DNA from: Veleropilina oligotropha
Lineage: Eukaryota
DNA length: 64,000 bases
Direction of reading: 5' to 3'
Assembly (NCBI GenBank): GCA_048128005.1
Contig: JBEUKZ010000066.1
Span: 1-64,000, forward strand
Shown here: positions 25,866 through 34,838 of the stretch, piece by piece
Numbering within the stretch: the first letter of the stretch is position 1
Layout: each line of letters opens with the position of its first letter
The notes under the pieces: model-generated
The model's input: only the letters and a program-made list of their open reading frames with translations
Database searches by the model: none
Told to the model about the DNA's origin: nothing
Program-made: the position numbers and the translations under genes

Positions 25866-28800
25866 ATGATTTGGCATAGTGTATACCCCCCCAGCAACAT
25901 GGATGACCTGCGCAATCTAGCGAAAGATTATGGGATTCCCGCTCGGTCGAAGCTCAAGAAGCACGACCTCATCCGGGCAATCGCCAGGGTCCGTGCTGCG
26001 GAGTTTCGGAGGAGACTCGAGCGGGCGATGAAAACGGGAAGGTTCCCCTCCATACGTGGAGATGTGGAGAACCCCCACAAAAGAGGCCGTCGTGCTCGCG
26101 AGTTGCGGCAGATTAAGGACGAGGTCGACGCCGCCCTGCAGGCTCGTAAATACGAATCCCAGGCTGAGAAAACGCCGGGGATTCGACTGAAGCCACTTCG
26201 CGCCATCACGGATCGAATCGTCAAGCGGTCTCGGAAAGAGACCCTTGCCCATGCTATTGCTCGGAAGGGGCCCGATCTTCTCATCTCCAAAACGCCCCGG
26301 ACAGCCCAGGACTACCAGAAGGATCTTCTAGGGCAATTTACCACACCCGAGGGACAACGATTCATCGACCTGGATGACCAGGTCCCTCCCCCAGTAAGGC
26401 TCCCAGCAAAAGAGCCATGGGTGGAACTCTTGAGCGACGCCAAAGACGAGTTTGAGGTCGATGGCGCCGCGGCGGCTTTCTCCACATGGAGGGTAGAAGT
26501 GGCTGGACGGCTGGCCCTGGATGCCCGTATGACAGATGCAAGGGCGGCACAGCTCCTCACAGCCCTTCCAAAGGGCGAGTATGTCCTTAGAATAAAGTTC
26601 TTGCGTGAGTGGGGTGAAGGTGACTGGGTGGTCGAAGACAAGTTTGACCCGGTGAAAGCTGCGAGGAAGAAGGGCCAGGGTGTCTTTGAGATCTCTCAGG
26701 ACACTAAGCCGGGTGCTATCACTGGGGTCGACAAGGTCTACTACGAGAACGCCTACCCGGTCACTGCAGTCGTCTACGGCGTCTATCCTCTCAGAGAACC
26801 AAACCCCGCCAATCTGGTTCCGATGAAGAACGGCGACCTCAACTGCGTTGCCCAAAGAGTGATTGAGCACTTTGAAGGTGCCCTGCGAGGAAACGGACTC
26901 ACCCCGACAAGGCGGCAGAAAATACAGGAGTGGGAAGAGCGAGTCCACGTAACAGGCGCCACTGTGGATGATATATCCATCCTCGAGAAGATCCTCAAAC
27001 GGGCGATCACCTTGAGAGACATTGCCGGCGAGGACATCTACAGCAGTGGGAAGTACCAGGGCTGGCATAGACCAGTAGAACTCATCTGTCACAACGGCCA
27101 CGCCTGGTCGAAGGACCTACACTTTCCGCAGTCTCGCGAGGTCCACCTGTATGGGGGCGATGTCTGGGAAGCTATCCGACAAGCCACACAGAATGAGCCA
27201 TTAGCTGTCTGGCTCCTTGGCGGTACAGACCGACAGCTCGGCGTGGACCAGTTCGTGCTGCAAGATGGCCGCACGTACCGGACAAAAGAGGCTCACGAGA
27301 GACTTCAAGAAGCCTGTACAGCGCTGGGGAATGAGTCCCTAGCCGATCGAGCCTTTGGCGAGAACCATGCAGCTAGCATTATGGCTAAGGAGACTAACGG
27401 CTGGAAACCTACCCCAGCGGGCCTGCTCGATGATATCCAGAAGGCCTGCGTAGAGCATGGCCACGGCGGCCTGTGGAATTCCATGAATTACGACACGGGC
27501 GATGTCTGCTGCATCGATATGAAATCCTGCTACCCTGCAAGCTTTCTGGGGAAGGGCGAGGCTAAGCCCTATTTCGAAAGATTCGGACACCCAACCCACA
27601 GCATGACCCGGGTCGCAATTAACGGTCCTCTACCCCAAGATATCGGCACCGGGTTTGCTGAGGTCGTCGAATGGGAGTTCGCACAAGACATCCACCCCGT
27701 CATTGTAGCATGGTTCGGGAAGCACTTTGCAGAGAATGGATGGGCACCAACCCCGCTGCTCGCCTTCCTCATAGACTCTGGACTGCTAAAAAGCCTCAAG
27801 ATCCGAGAAGCCATCATCGCATTCAAAAAGCAGACCGATGTCTGGCTTCCTCCGGATCGTGACCAGGGCTGCAGTATCATCGGCAAATTCACCCAAGGCG
27901 CCAAAGCTGACGGAAAGCGATTGACTCGTAGACTGGTGACCGACCAGGGTGAGCTCGACTTCCTCGTAAGAGACACCCGCCAAAGCGGCACCCTGGTTGG
28001 CGCTCCTCAGAGATGCCCTATGGGGCACATCCTCACGTACTATGATGGCTCCCAGCCTCAGTACGCCCACCTGAGGGCGTCCATGTTGGCCTATGCCCAC
28101 ATAAACCTCTTGAGCATGCTTCAGCGTTTCAGTGCAGCAGAAGCCGTCCGAGTAGCCACTGACAGCATCTACCTCAAGAAGGCCTCGTTGGAGAAGCTCG
28201 ACGATGTCACGGTGTACGTTGCCCCCAGACTCTGCGGCTGTGGCAAGAAATCGTGCGTCTCATGTCTGATCGCGGAGCCGTACCTTCCGCCAGTAGCACC
28301 GGCCCAGTGGCGTGACAAGGGCGAACAGCTGTATATGCCACAGGAACATGCCGCATACCTACCCAAGCCAGAGTATTGTTGTGCCGCCAATTCCAGCCAG
28401 CCGAGCACCGCGCCATGCTACAATGACACACTGACCCACCATCGCCTGAGTTACCTCAACGGTGGAGGGGGCTGTGGCAAGACTACGAGAGCGATCGAGC
28501 TCTTTCGGGCAAGGAATCCCGTCGTGTTCACACCAACCCACCGCCTCGCTAAAGAGATGCGGACCAGAGGCGTCAAAGCCCAGACCTACCACAGCTTCTT
28601 CCGATGGAGCGGCCAGAATGACTGGACGCCTGACCGCATGGGTCAGAAGTTCATCCCGCGCGTCATTATCTGGGACGAGGTCTGTACTGTTCCCCGGGCT
28701 ATTCTAGAGATGTTCTTGGACTGGCTGGGCCGCCACGAAGTGCAGGTTATCTGCTGTGGTGATCAAGGCCAGCCACCACCGATTACGGGCGAGATGCCGC

Positions 28801-29738
28801 ACGATTGGCTGCGAAAGACCGCGGACTACTATGAAGAGATCGAAGTAGACTACAGGGCGAAAGACGACCCTGCCCTCCAAGCCCTGAAAAGACGTATCCG
28901 TCTCCAGCCCGACAAAGTCCAGTGCGACGAGATGCGACGGACCCTCCCCAGCTGCCTCGGATGGGACCGGTTCGTCAACACCTGGAAGCCAGGCGACCTA
29001 ATCCTCACAAGCCGTCAGAAGGTCCGCGAACGGGCTCAAGAGCTGTTGCTCCAGAGGCACAAGGAGCACTTCCCAGACTCCATGGTGCCTATCCTGTACC
29101 ACCCCAGGGACAGCAGAAAACAGAACATCATGGTAACCATTCCGGGCACCAGCGACAGAGAGGAGCTAGTTCTGAACGACGTCGTCGAGGTCACCATTGA
29201 GGCCGCTGAGCGGGCTATCCTGACCCCGGATTGGCGCCTGGGCTATGCCCTGACCATCCATTCGAGCCAGGGTCTTACGATTCACGACCCACAGAAAGTC
29301 TGGATCATCGACGACTACCTTCAATGGAGTAATCTCGCCTACCTAGCCGTGTCCCGGGTGGAGCTGCTGCGTCAGCTCGAACGGGTAACCTGTCCACCGG
29401 ATGAGGGTTCTGAGGACAGGCCCCCCCAAGCGCCGCAGAGCAAGCAGCAGCTCCGAAAGACCATCCAGAAAAAGCTTGTGGCGTACAAACGCCAGGACCA
29501 GGCAACGGGACTCCCGGGGTTTAACCTCAAGGTCGACGACATCCTGCGGCTCAGAGAGGCCCAAAACAACCGCTGCGCAGCATGCAACATAGAGCTGCTC
29601 TGGGCATATTCCCCGAAGGACACACAGCAGTTCAGTGTCGACCGTGTGGACAACAGCAGGGGCCACACCCGCGACAACGTGCGCTTAACGTGTCTGGAAT
29701 GTAACCGGAAACGAGGATTTGCGGTTGTTAACGCCTGA
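25866..29738 (+). CDS. Multidomain replication protein: OTU-like protease + divergent family-B DNA polymerase + SF1 (Pif1/RecD-like) helicase + HNH-like nuclease
   Basis: DMKSCYP (PolB motif A), SIIGKF (motif B-like), ATDSIY (motif C-like); GGGGCGKT, WDEV, GDQGQPPP, YRAKD, YALTIHSSQGLT, YLAVSR (SF1 motifs); CAAC...SVDRVDNSRGHTRDNVRLTCLECN; start may be the second ATG (MDDLR). Confidence 0.88.
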   Translation: MIWHSVYPPSNMDDLRNLAKDYGIPARSKLKKHDLIRAIARVRAAEFRRRLERAMKTGRFPSIRGDVENPHKRGRRARELRQIKDEVDAALQARKYESQAEKTPGIRLKPLRAITDRIVKRSRKETLAHAIARKGPDLLISKTPRTAQDYQKDLLGQFTTPEGQRFIDLDDQVPPPVRLPAKEPWVELLSDAKDEFEVDGAAAAFSTWRVEVAGRLALDARMTDARAAQLLTALPKGEYVLRIKFLREWGEGDWVVEDKFDPVKAARKKGQGVFEISQDTKPGAITGVDKVYYENAYPVTAVVYGVYPLREPNPANLVPMKNGDLNCVAQRVIEHFEGALRGNGLTPTRRQKIQEWEERVHVTGATVDDISILEKILKRAITLRDIAGEDIYSSGKYQGWHRPVELICHNGHAWSKDLHFPQSREVHLYGGDVWEAIRQATQNEPLAVWLLGGTDRQLGVDQFVLQDGRTYRTKEAHERLQEACTALGNESLADRAFGENHAASIMAKETNGWKPTPAGLLDDIQKACVEHGHGGLWNSMNYDTGDVCCIDMKSCYPASFLGKGEAKPYFERFGHPTHSMTRVAINGPLPQDIGTGFAEVVEWEFAQDIHPVIVAWFGKHFAENGWAPTPLLAFLIDSGLLKSLKIREAIIAFKKQTDVWLPPDRDQGCSIIGKFTQGAKADGKRLTRRLVTDQGELDFLVRDTRQSGTLVGAPQRCPMGHILTYYDGSQPQYAHLRASMLAYAHINLLSMLQRFSAAEAVRVATDSIYLKKASLEKLDDVTVYVAPRLCGCGKKSCVSCLIAEPYLPPVAPAQWRDKGEQLYMPQEHAAYLPKPEYCCAANSSQPSTAPCYNDTLTHHRLSYLNGGGGCGKTTRAIELFRARNPVVFTPTHRLAKEMRTRGVKAQTYHSFFRWSGQNDWTPDRMGQKFIPRVIIWDEVCTVPRAILEMFLDWLGRHEVQVICCGDQGQPPPITGEMPHDWLRKTADYYEEIEVDYRAKDDPALQALKRRIRLQPDKVQCDEMRRTLPSCLGWDRFVNTWKPGDLILTSRQKVRERAQELLLQRHKEHFPDSMVPILYHPRDSRKQNIMVTIPGTSDREELVLNDVVEVTIEAAERAILTPDWRLGYALTIHSSQGLTIHDPQKVWIIDDYLQWSNLAYLAVSRVELLRQLERVTCPPDEGSEDRPPQAPQSKQQLRKTIQKKLVAYKRQDQATGLPGFNLKVDDILRLREAQNNRCAACNIELLWAYSPKDTQQFSVDRVDNSRGHTRDNVRLTCLECNRKRGFAVVNA

Positions 29739-30726
29739 GAACCGGCGGGAGCTGGGTATCACGAGGCACCACGAGCAGTTCCTCACGAACGAAGCCACGC
29801 GGTGGTCCATCCAGCAAGTAGTAGAGCACAGGCTCGTCAGGCTTAGTGACGGAGCGTCCAAGCCTGTAAACTTTTAGAGACCACACCGGGTCAGTAGCAC
29901 GGCGATGACCCCCCTCCAGCTCACCATCGTAGTAAAGGTAGCGAACATCTACGTCAGAGGGGAGTTTCTGTTCCTTCCCCTGTCGGCCTGGAACAGTGGC
30001 GCCTGGCTTTTGGGCAACGCGAGGTGCTTTGATGGCGTCCTTGGGCTTTTTACCGGTCAGCCTGGTCACTTCCCCATTCAAGGCCGCAACTACAGCTGCT
30101 AACCGGGCGACCCACTCAGTTGACCTTTGACCCTCTTTCGCAGACTCTGCAAACCGCATCTCTGTTGCATACTGGTGCCCGAAGAGCCGCTCAGCGAGCG
30201 TCCGGTTGAAGCGCTCCACAATGCCCTGATCGCGATGGATATCCACACGGCCACGCCTAACCTCGACGTTATTCTTTGCCAGCAGCTGGGAAACCGCGCC
30301 CATAAACTCTCGCCCTGGATCGACTTGAAGCAGTTTCGGCCAGCCAAGAGGACTCCGCCTGTAGATTCGGGCTAGTGCTTCAGCAACCCCTTTGGCCTCT
30401 TTTGTGACCAGAGGCTCAGCCTCTTTAAAGCGACTGGCCACATCAACCACAGTCAAAGCGTACTTGTACGTTTTACGGCCGACCTTGTCATGGGGCAGAA
30501 ACAGGAGATCGGCTTGGTGAACCTCGTTCGGCGTCGTAACGTCAAACCGTGGTCTTGGAATCCGCCGTGGCGCAGGTAAATAGATCTGCCATATAGCCTG
30601 CCTCTTAAGCCATGTCCGGGCCTCCACTTCAGACGCCTTGGCAGCGTCAGCTAGTTTCTTTATCGCGGCAATGCCTTTCCAGTAGCCCTTAGTGCTGTAG
30701 TACATCCTCGCAAGCTTACTATCCAT
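29728..30726 (-). CDS. Retroviral-like (rve/DDE) integrase of Polinton type
   Basis: HQADLLFL, LTVVDVASRF, LQVDPGREF, IVERFNRTL; first ATG at 30726. Confidence 0.95.
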   Translation of the reverse strand: MDSKLARMYYSTKGYWKGIAAIKKLADAAKASEVEARTWLKRQAIWQIYLPAPRRIPRPRFDVTTPNEVHQADLLFLPHDKVGRKTYKYALTVVDVASRFKEAEPLVTKEAKGVAEALARIYRRSPLGWPKLLQVDPGREFMGAVSQLLAKNNVEVRRGRVDIHRDQGIVERFNRTLAERLFGHQYATEMRFAESAKEGQRSTEWVARLAAVVAALNGEVTRLTGKKPKDAIKAPRVAQKPGATVPGRQGKEQKLPSDVDVRYLYYDGELEGGHRRATDPVWSLKVYRLGRSVTKPDEPVLYYLLDGPPRGFVREELLVVPRDTQLPPVLRR

Positions 30727-30940
30727 CAGCAATGTATTCCAGTAAACTGATCAGTCTCCAACAGGCTTCAGCTTCCGGAGCCGGTCGCTGCGCAGTCGTC
30801 TCCCAAAGGTTGGTCGGGCCCGAGAGCACCAGGACCGCGAACCGCACCATAGTCTTTTCGTCGCGGCGCCAGCAGTCGAGTAACGTAGTACTATAGCCGA
30901 CCGCAAGCATAGCGCAGTACAGCTCTTCTGGGAGCCCCAT
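30719..30940 (-). CDS. Hypothetical 73-aa viral protein
   Basis: ATG ORF (MGLPEELYC...) filling the gap in the gene array; stop overlaps the integrase start (ATGGATAG). Confidence 0.5.
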   Translation of the reverse strand: MGLPEELYCAMLAVGYSTTLLDCWRRDEKTMVRFAVLVLSGPTNLWETTAQRPAPEAEACWRLISLLEYIADG

Positions 30941-30980
30941 TACTATACATGCCAACGAAAAAAATGTCCACTGGAAATAA

Positions 30981-31409
30981 TTAGGCGAGCTTGTAGGCGA
31001 CCAACCCGGTCGCAGCCATCCCCAGGATGATGAAGGTGATCTCACGTCCCTTCTGGCCATCGCTCGGTGTGTAGTAGTCAGACAGGGCGGGCTCAGGGCC
31101 ACCCCCCAGGCCGGGGTCAAGGTTCTTGCCGGTGATCAATGCATACTCACGGATCGCGGCGTCAACATCCCGGAATGTCCCAACGGCATGACCCTGGCGG
31201 CGAAGTTCAACGTTCAGCCAGTCGAGACGCTCTGCCCTCTTTTGGGACCATTTAGTCTGAGCAGCGTTGAGCTGTTCTACAGCAATGTCGTGGCGTTTAC
31301 GCTCCGCATCGACACCGGAGCTGCGTAGCTTCGAGAAGAGGAAGTTGGAGCCGCTGAAGGCGAGGGCGTTGACGAGAGCGCCCCCAACCAGCATCGCAAT
31401 GGAAGCCAT
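30981..31409 (-). CDS. Hypothetical viral membrane protein (142 aa)
   Basis: MASIAMLVGGALVNALAFSG hydrophobic N-terminus, central helical/coiled segment, C-terminal TM (ITFIILGMAATGLVAY). Confidence 0.8.
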   Translation of the reverse strand: MASIAMLVGGALVNALAFSGSNFLFSKLRSSGVDAERKRHDIAVEQLNAAQTKWSQKRAERLDWLNVELRRQGHAVGTFRDVDAAIREYALITGKNLDPGLGGGPEPALSDYYTPSDGQKGREITFIILGMAATGLVAYKLA

Positions 31410-31440
31410 TGAAATGCTGCGATTATCTAGCAAGGTCCCA

Positions 31441-31680
31441 CTACTTCAATATATCGGCCGGAATGATGCCTTGCTTGATCAGCATGTCTTTCGTCGCCAT
31501 GGCGAGCGCTACGTCGAGGACGACCATCCCGACATCGTAGCCCGTGAAGTCCAGTTTGGGGCTCGCTCCCTTGAATACCATCTTTGTCAGGCGTGCGTAG
31601 CCAATGGCGAGGCCTGACACTATAGCGGCGTGGTATACAGCGTTGCCGAGCATCTTTCCATCAGTGATTGGGGTAGTCAT
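31441..31680 (-). CDS. Small hydrophobic viral protein (79 aa)
   Basis: ATG ORF tiling the array; two moderately hydrophobic helices. Confidence 0.75.
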   Translation of the reverse strand: MTTPITDGKMLGNAVYHAAIVSGLAIGYARLTKMVFKGASPKLDFTGYDVGMVVLDVALAMATKDMLIKQGIIPADILK

Positions 31681-31705
31681 AACTGTTGATTAGTACCGTT
31701 TGCGA

Positions 31706-32197
31706 CTATTGCATATGAAAAGGGTTCTGCTTCTTCAATTCGATAGTGGGGGCGGCCCGAGAGCACCGAGCGTCCGCGTCTGGTGGCTGTTGATGTGGTG
31801 TGGATGGACCAGGGTTGCTGCGTTCTGAGGACGTCTTCCAGACAACAAATACCAACGCAACCGTACCGGCAGCGACGGCTACCTGGGTCCAATTAAATAG
31901 GTCCGATTTCCGTGTATCTGGCGCACGCGGTCTTTCTGCGGCTGGAACCGCCTCCCCGGGCTGTTCTGATGGAACGACAACACTTGTTGGGGCACTCAGG
32001 TCTTCTTTCATTTTTCGAACCGCGGCCAGTAGCTTCTCCTGCTTGGCTTTTCGAGCAGCAGCGCCGGCCCTCCCTGCAGCCACTTTTTTCGGGTCCTTTT
32101 TACTCACTGATGAGTCCGTCGAAGAAGTCACCCTCTCTATCGGCTGGCTCTCGATCGGCTGTCTCTCGATCACTTGGTCCACTTCCGGCGTTGTCAT
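31706..32197 (-). CDS. Basic viral protein with C-terminal TM (163 aa)
   Basis: KKDPKKVAAGRAGAAARKAKQEK basic helix; VAVAAGTVALVFVVW TM; start taken at MTTPEV. Confidence 0.7.
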   Translation of the reverse strand: MTTPEVDQVIERQPIESQPIERVTSSTDSSVSKKDPKKVAAGRAGAAARKAKQEKLLAAVRKMKEDLSAPTSVVVPSEQPGEAVPAAERPRAPDTRKSDLFNWTQVAVAAGTVALVFVVWKTSSERSNPGPSTPHQQPPDADARCSRAAPTIELKKQNPFHMQ

Positions 32198-32885
32198 CTT
32201 GATCTGGTATCTTAGGCGGGCAAACATGTCCAAATTGGCAGTGCTTAGCCGTGGTCAACGCTGCGGTCAGCGGTGCGAGGTACATGCCATATTTATAATA
32301 CAGCTCACAGCTTGCAGTGGTCAGGGCATGTGAGATGAACGGGTCGGCCTCCAGGTCGGCGATCAGTCGTAGCTGGTTTGCTGGTGGAATGGGCAGGAAC
32401 ATCCCAGCTGCCCCCGCGTAGAGATGAATAGCTGAAGTCCCCAGAGTCTTCGTCACATCGGCACCGAGTTTCGCTTCATACCTCGCGTGGTGCTTTTCGA
32501 CCTCGTCGTCAGTCATGTCGTCTATCCGGTCCACTGTGAGGTTACGCCCCATGTATCGGTGGGCCTGTCCTCCAACGGCTAAGGCTGCAAGCCTCTCACG
32601 CTTTGCCGCGCAAACGGAACTTGCGACTCCACTGTTACTGACAGGTTCCTTGCCATCGGGAGTCAAGCGACAGCTGTTGATGGTCGTTTCTTGTTCGTCA
32701 TCCATGAGTTGATCGATGAGGCTGTCCATCCTGAAGCGTTTCCAGCATCGCCTCACCGGTCTAATATAACTGTAAATCCAATACCACAATGTAGCGAGTA
32801 GGAGCAAGATCAGGCTCTGGCTGAAAGCAAAAGCTAGATATACAGCGTCCGACATGCGAGAGCTTGCTGGGCAGCTACTTAGCAT
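32100..32885 (-). CDS. Hypothetical viral protein with N-terminal hydrophobic segment
   Basis: 261-aa ATG ORF directly downstream of the ATPase; true start uncertain (MSDAV or MDSLI); 3' end overlaps the next gene. Confidence 0.7.
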   Translation of the reverse strand: MLSSCPASSRMSDAVYLAFAFSQSLILLLLATLWYWIYSYIRPVRRCWKRFRMDSLIDQLMDDEQETTINSCRLTPDGKEPVSNSGVASSVCAAKRERLAALAVGGQAHRYMGRNLTVDRIDDMTDDEVEKHHARYEAKLGADVTKTLGTSAIHLYAGAAGMFLPIPPANQLRLIADLEADPFISHALTTASCELYYKYGMYLAPLTAALTTAKHCQFGHVCPPKIPDQDDNAGSGPSDRETADREPADREGDFFDGLISE

Positions 32886-32896
32886 CTGCTGGGTAG

Positions 32897-33529
32897 CTAT
32901 AGCACACTATAAGCAACGGGCTGATCAGTTTTCAACAGAAGCTTAGCGTGTCGTGTCTCGGCCAACAGCCGGCGAACCTCGGTCCGTTCATCCTGCGACG
33001 GGATTACATCGTTCTCGCGCAGACAGTCCTCGAAACTGTCGCGGTCCTTGCAATGGAACAGCGCGACCCAGCGGGTCTGCTCTCTGAGCTCCTTCAAGAC
33101 CGAGTTGTACTTTTGCGTCACTACCCATACGCTCTGGGAAGCATGCCTGCCGCTGAAGGCCAACAAAGTCAGCATGTCCCTCCTCTTTGCCATAGCCTTG
33201 CTCGCGGCGCAGTCGTCGATGATATATAAAGTTGATTCCCCCTGAAACAGTCGGTAGAACCCCCGCAGCCAGTCATGGAGTCGCTCACCCGGGGGGACTA
33301 AATACACCTCAGGGTCGGTCCAGATCCACGGACAAGACTGGTATGCTTTGTTGTACTTGATCGTGGGGCAGAGGACCACGATATGCCGGAAGACGCCTCG
33401 ATACTCCCCTTCCAGCAGTTCAAGCATGAAAACCGTCTTCCCACAGCCCGTCTGGCCGCAGATGATTGCGGAGTGGGGGTCCTTGGTGTGCGGAAATCGT
33501 TTAGTACAGTGCTTCGACGAATCGGCCAT
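32897..33529 (-). CDS. A32-like (FtsK/HerA superfamily) genome-packaging ATPase
   Basis: Walker A GQTGCGKT, Walker B YIIDD, arginine motif SGRH, VVTQ sensor. Confidence 0.93.
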   Translation of the reverse strand: MADSSKHCTKRFPHTKDPHSAIICGQTGCGKTVFMLELLEGEYRGVFRHIVVLCPTIKYNKAYQSCPWIWTDPEVYLVPPGERLHDWLRGFYRLFQGESTLYIIDDCAASKAMAKRRDMLTLLAFSGRHASQSVWVVTQKYNSVLKELREQTRWVALFHCKDRDSFEDCLRENDVIPSQDERTEVRRLLAETRHAKLLLKTDQPVAYSVL

Positions 33530-34802
33530 TCTCGATATTCAGCTGTGCGTCCATGATCACGAACTCGTAGACGTTCAGTGGACCGGCCGCTTCGGCTGTT
33601 TTAGTGATCTGAATAGTAATGCCTTCGCTGGCGTTCTCGACCCTCCGGCCTGACCCGTGCAACTGATCGTCGTCAGTTACCCGCATATCGATCCAGAGCG
33701 CAAATTTCTTAGTCAGAAATTCGCCCAGGGTGACGTCTGCCATCTCCAAGTCCTTTGCGACCATCGCGACCTCAGGATGCCGCTTGCTGCAGCCGGAGGC
33801 GAACATTTTCTTGGCTTCTTCCCAGATCTGGTATGTTCGCATGCCCTGGCTGTAGATTTGATTCGGGACACCCTCGATTGTGACCTCGACCTTTGTGATC
33901 TTCGGATTATAGAAGGCCTCAGTATCGCGAGAGAATGGCGCGGCGTCTCTCGCAGGGTCCTCGAACAACAGTAGTATTCCTTTCATCGACCTCGCCGGTA
34001 CGTTCACATTCATATTCCACAACGAGTCGCTCTTGTCTAGGGTGAGCTTCCGATGCCGGAGAACACGGTCGTACAGGATTACGAGTTGACCCTGGTATTG
34101 ATTTCGAATCCGTCTGGCAAGCTCGGATTGGGTTACCATGTCATATTCGAGGGATATATTGTCGATGGAATAGCTGGAACCGGAGTCGTCCGTCTCCCGG
34201 ATAGTCCGGGAGTAGTCGTTGAACGTTAGCTCATACTCGAGACGGTCTCCAAGGGCGCTTTGATAGAATGGCATGTGACTTTCCAACAGCTCGAAATCCA
34301 GCGGGATGCGGAATCGGTTACCGTACGCGGCCGCGACCGCGACATCCTCAGACAGTCTGAAGGCGTCTGCCGCACCAACACGATGCTTCGTAGTGTTGTG
34401 CCCATCGCTGGTATCAATCCCCTGGTACTGGGCGTTCTTGCGCTCCCCGGTGGTCTTCCAGAGATCGCAGTAGCAGTGGTACACGTCGGAGTCGTCAATC
34501 GACATGATCTCGTTTCCACTTATCTTTATCGTGGTCTTTCTGATCACGGCACGGCCGATATTTTGCACTACAGTCCTATTCGCATTTACCGAGGTCAGAG
34601 AGATGGTAAATGCGAGGTGGGCAGTCCCTGGAACGATCACGTCATTCGCCCCGAGATTAGGGAACCGAACCAGGAGCTGCTGGTTCGGGGCAATCGTTGA
34701 TGGATTGTTTGTAATCGTGACCGACTGGCGGATGCCCTTGACTGCGAGGGGCTCACGCAGCCTGCGGTATGGATTAAGCTTGCGTCCGTATACGCTAGTC
34801 AT
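33501..34802 (-). CDS. Probable double jelly-roll major capsid protein (433 aa)
   Basis: Size, beta-strand-rich alternating pattern, no TM, adjacent to the packaging ATPase; first ATG at 34802; fold is inferred, not shown. Confidence 0.75.
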   Translation of the reverse strand: MTSVYGRKLNPYRRLREPLAVKGIRQSVTITNNPSTIAPNQQLLVRFPNLGANDVIVPGTAHLAFTISLTSVNANRTVVQNIGRAVIRKTTIKISGNEIMSIDDSDVYHCYCDLWKTTGERKNAQYQGIDTSDGHNTTKHRVGAADAFRLSEDVAVAAAYGNRFRIPLDFELLESHMPFYQSALGDRLEYELTFNDYSRTIRETDDSGSSYSIDNISLEYDMVTQSELARRIRNQYQGQLVILYDRVLRHRKLTLDKSDSLWNMNVNVPARSMKGILLLFEDPARDAAPFSRDTEAFYNPKITKVEVTIEGVPNQIYSQGMRTYQIWEEAKKMFASGCSKRHPEVAMVAKDLEMADVTLGEFLTKKFALWIDMRVTDDDQLHGSGRRVENASEGITIQITKTAEAAGPLNVYEFVIMDAQLNIENGRFVEALY

Positions 34803-34838
34803 GGCTGAATTAGATGCGTATCCCACTGATGTATTCAA

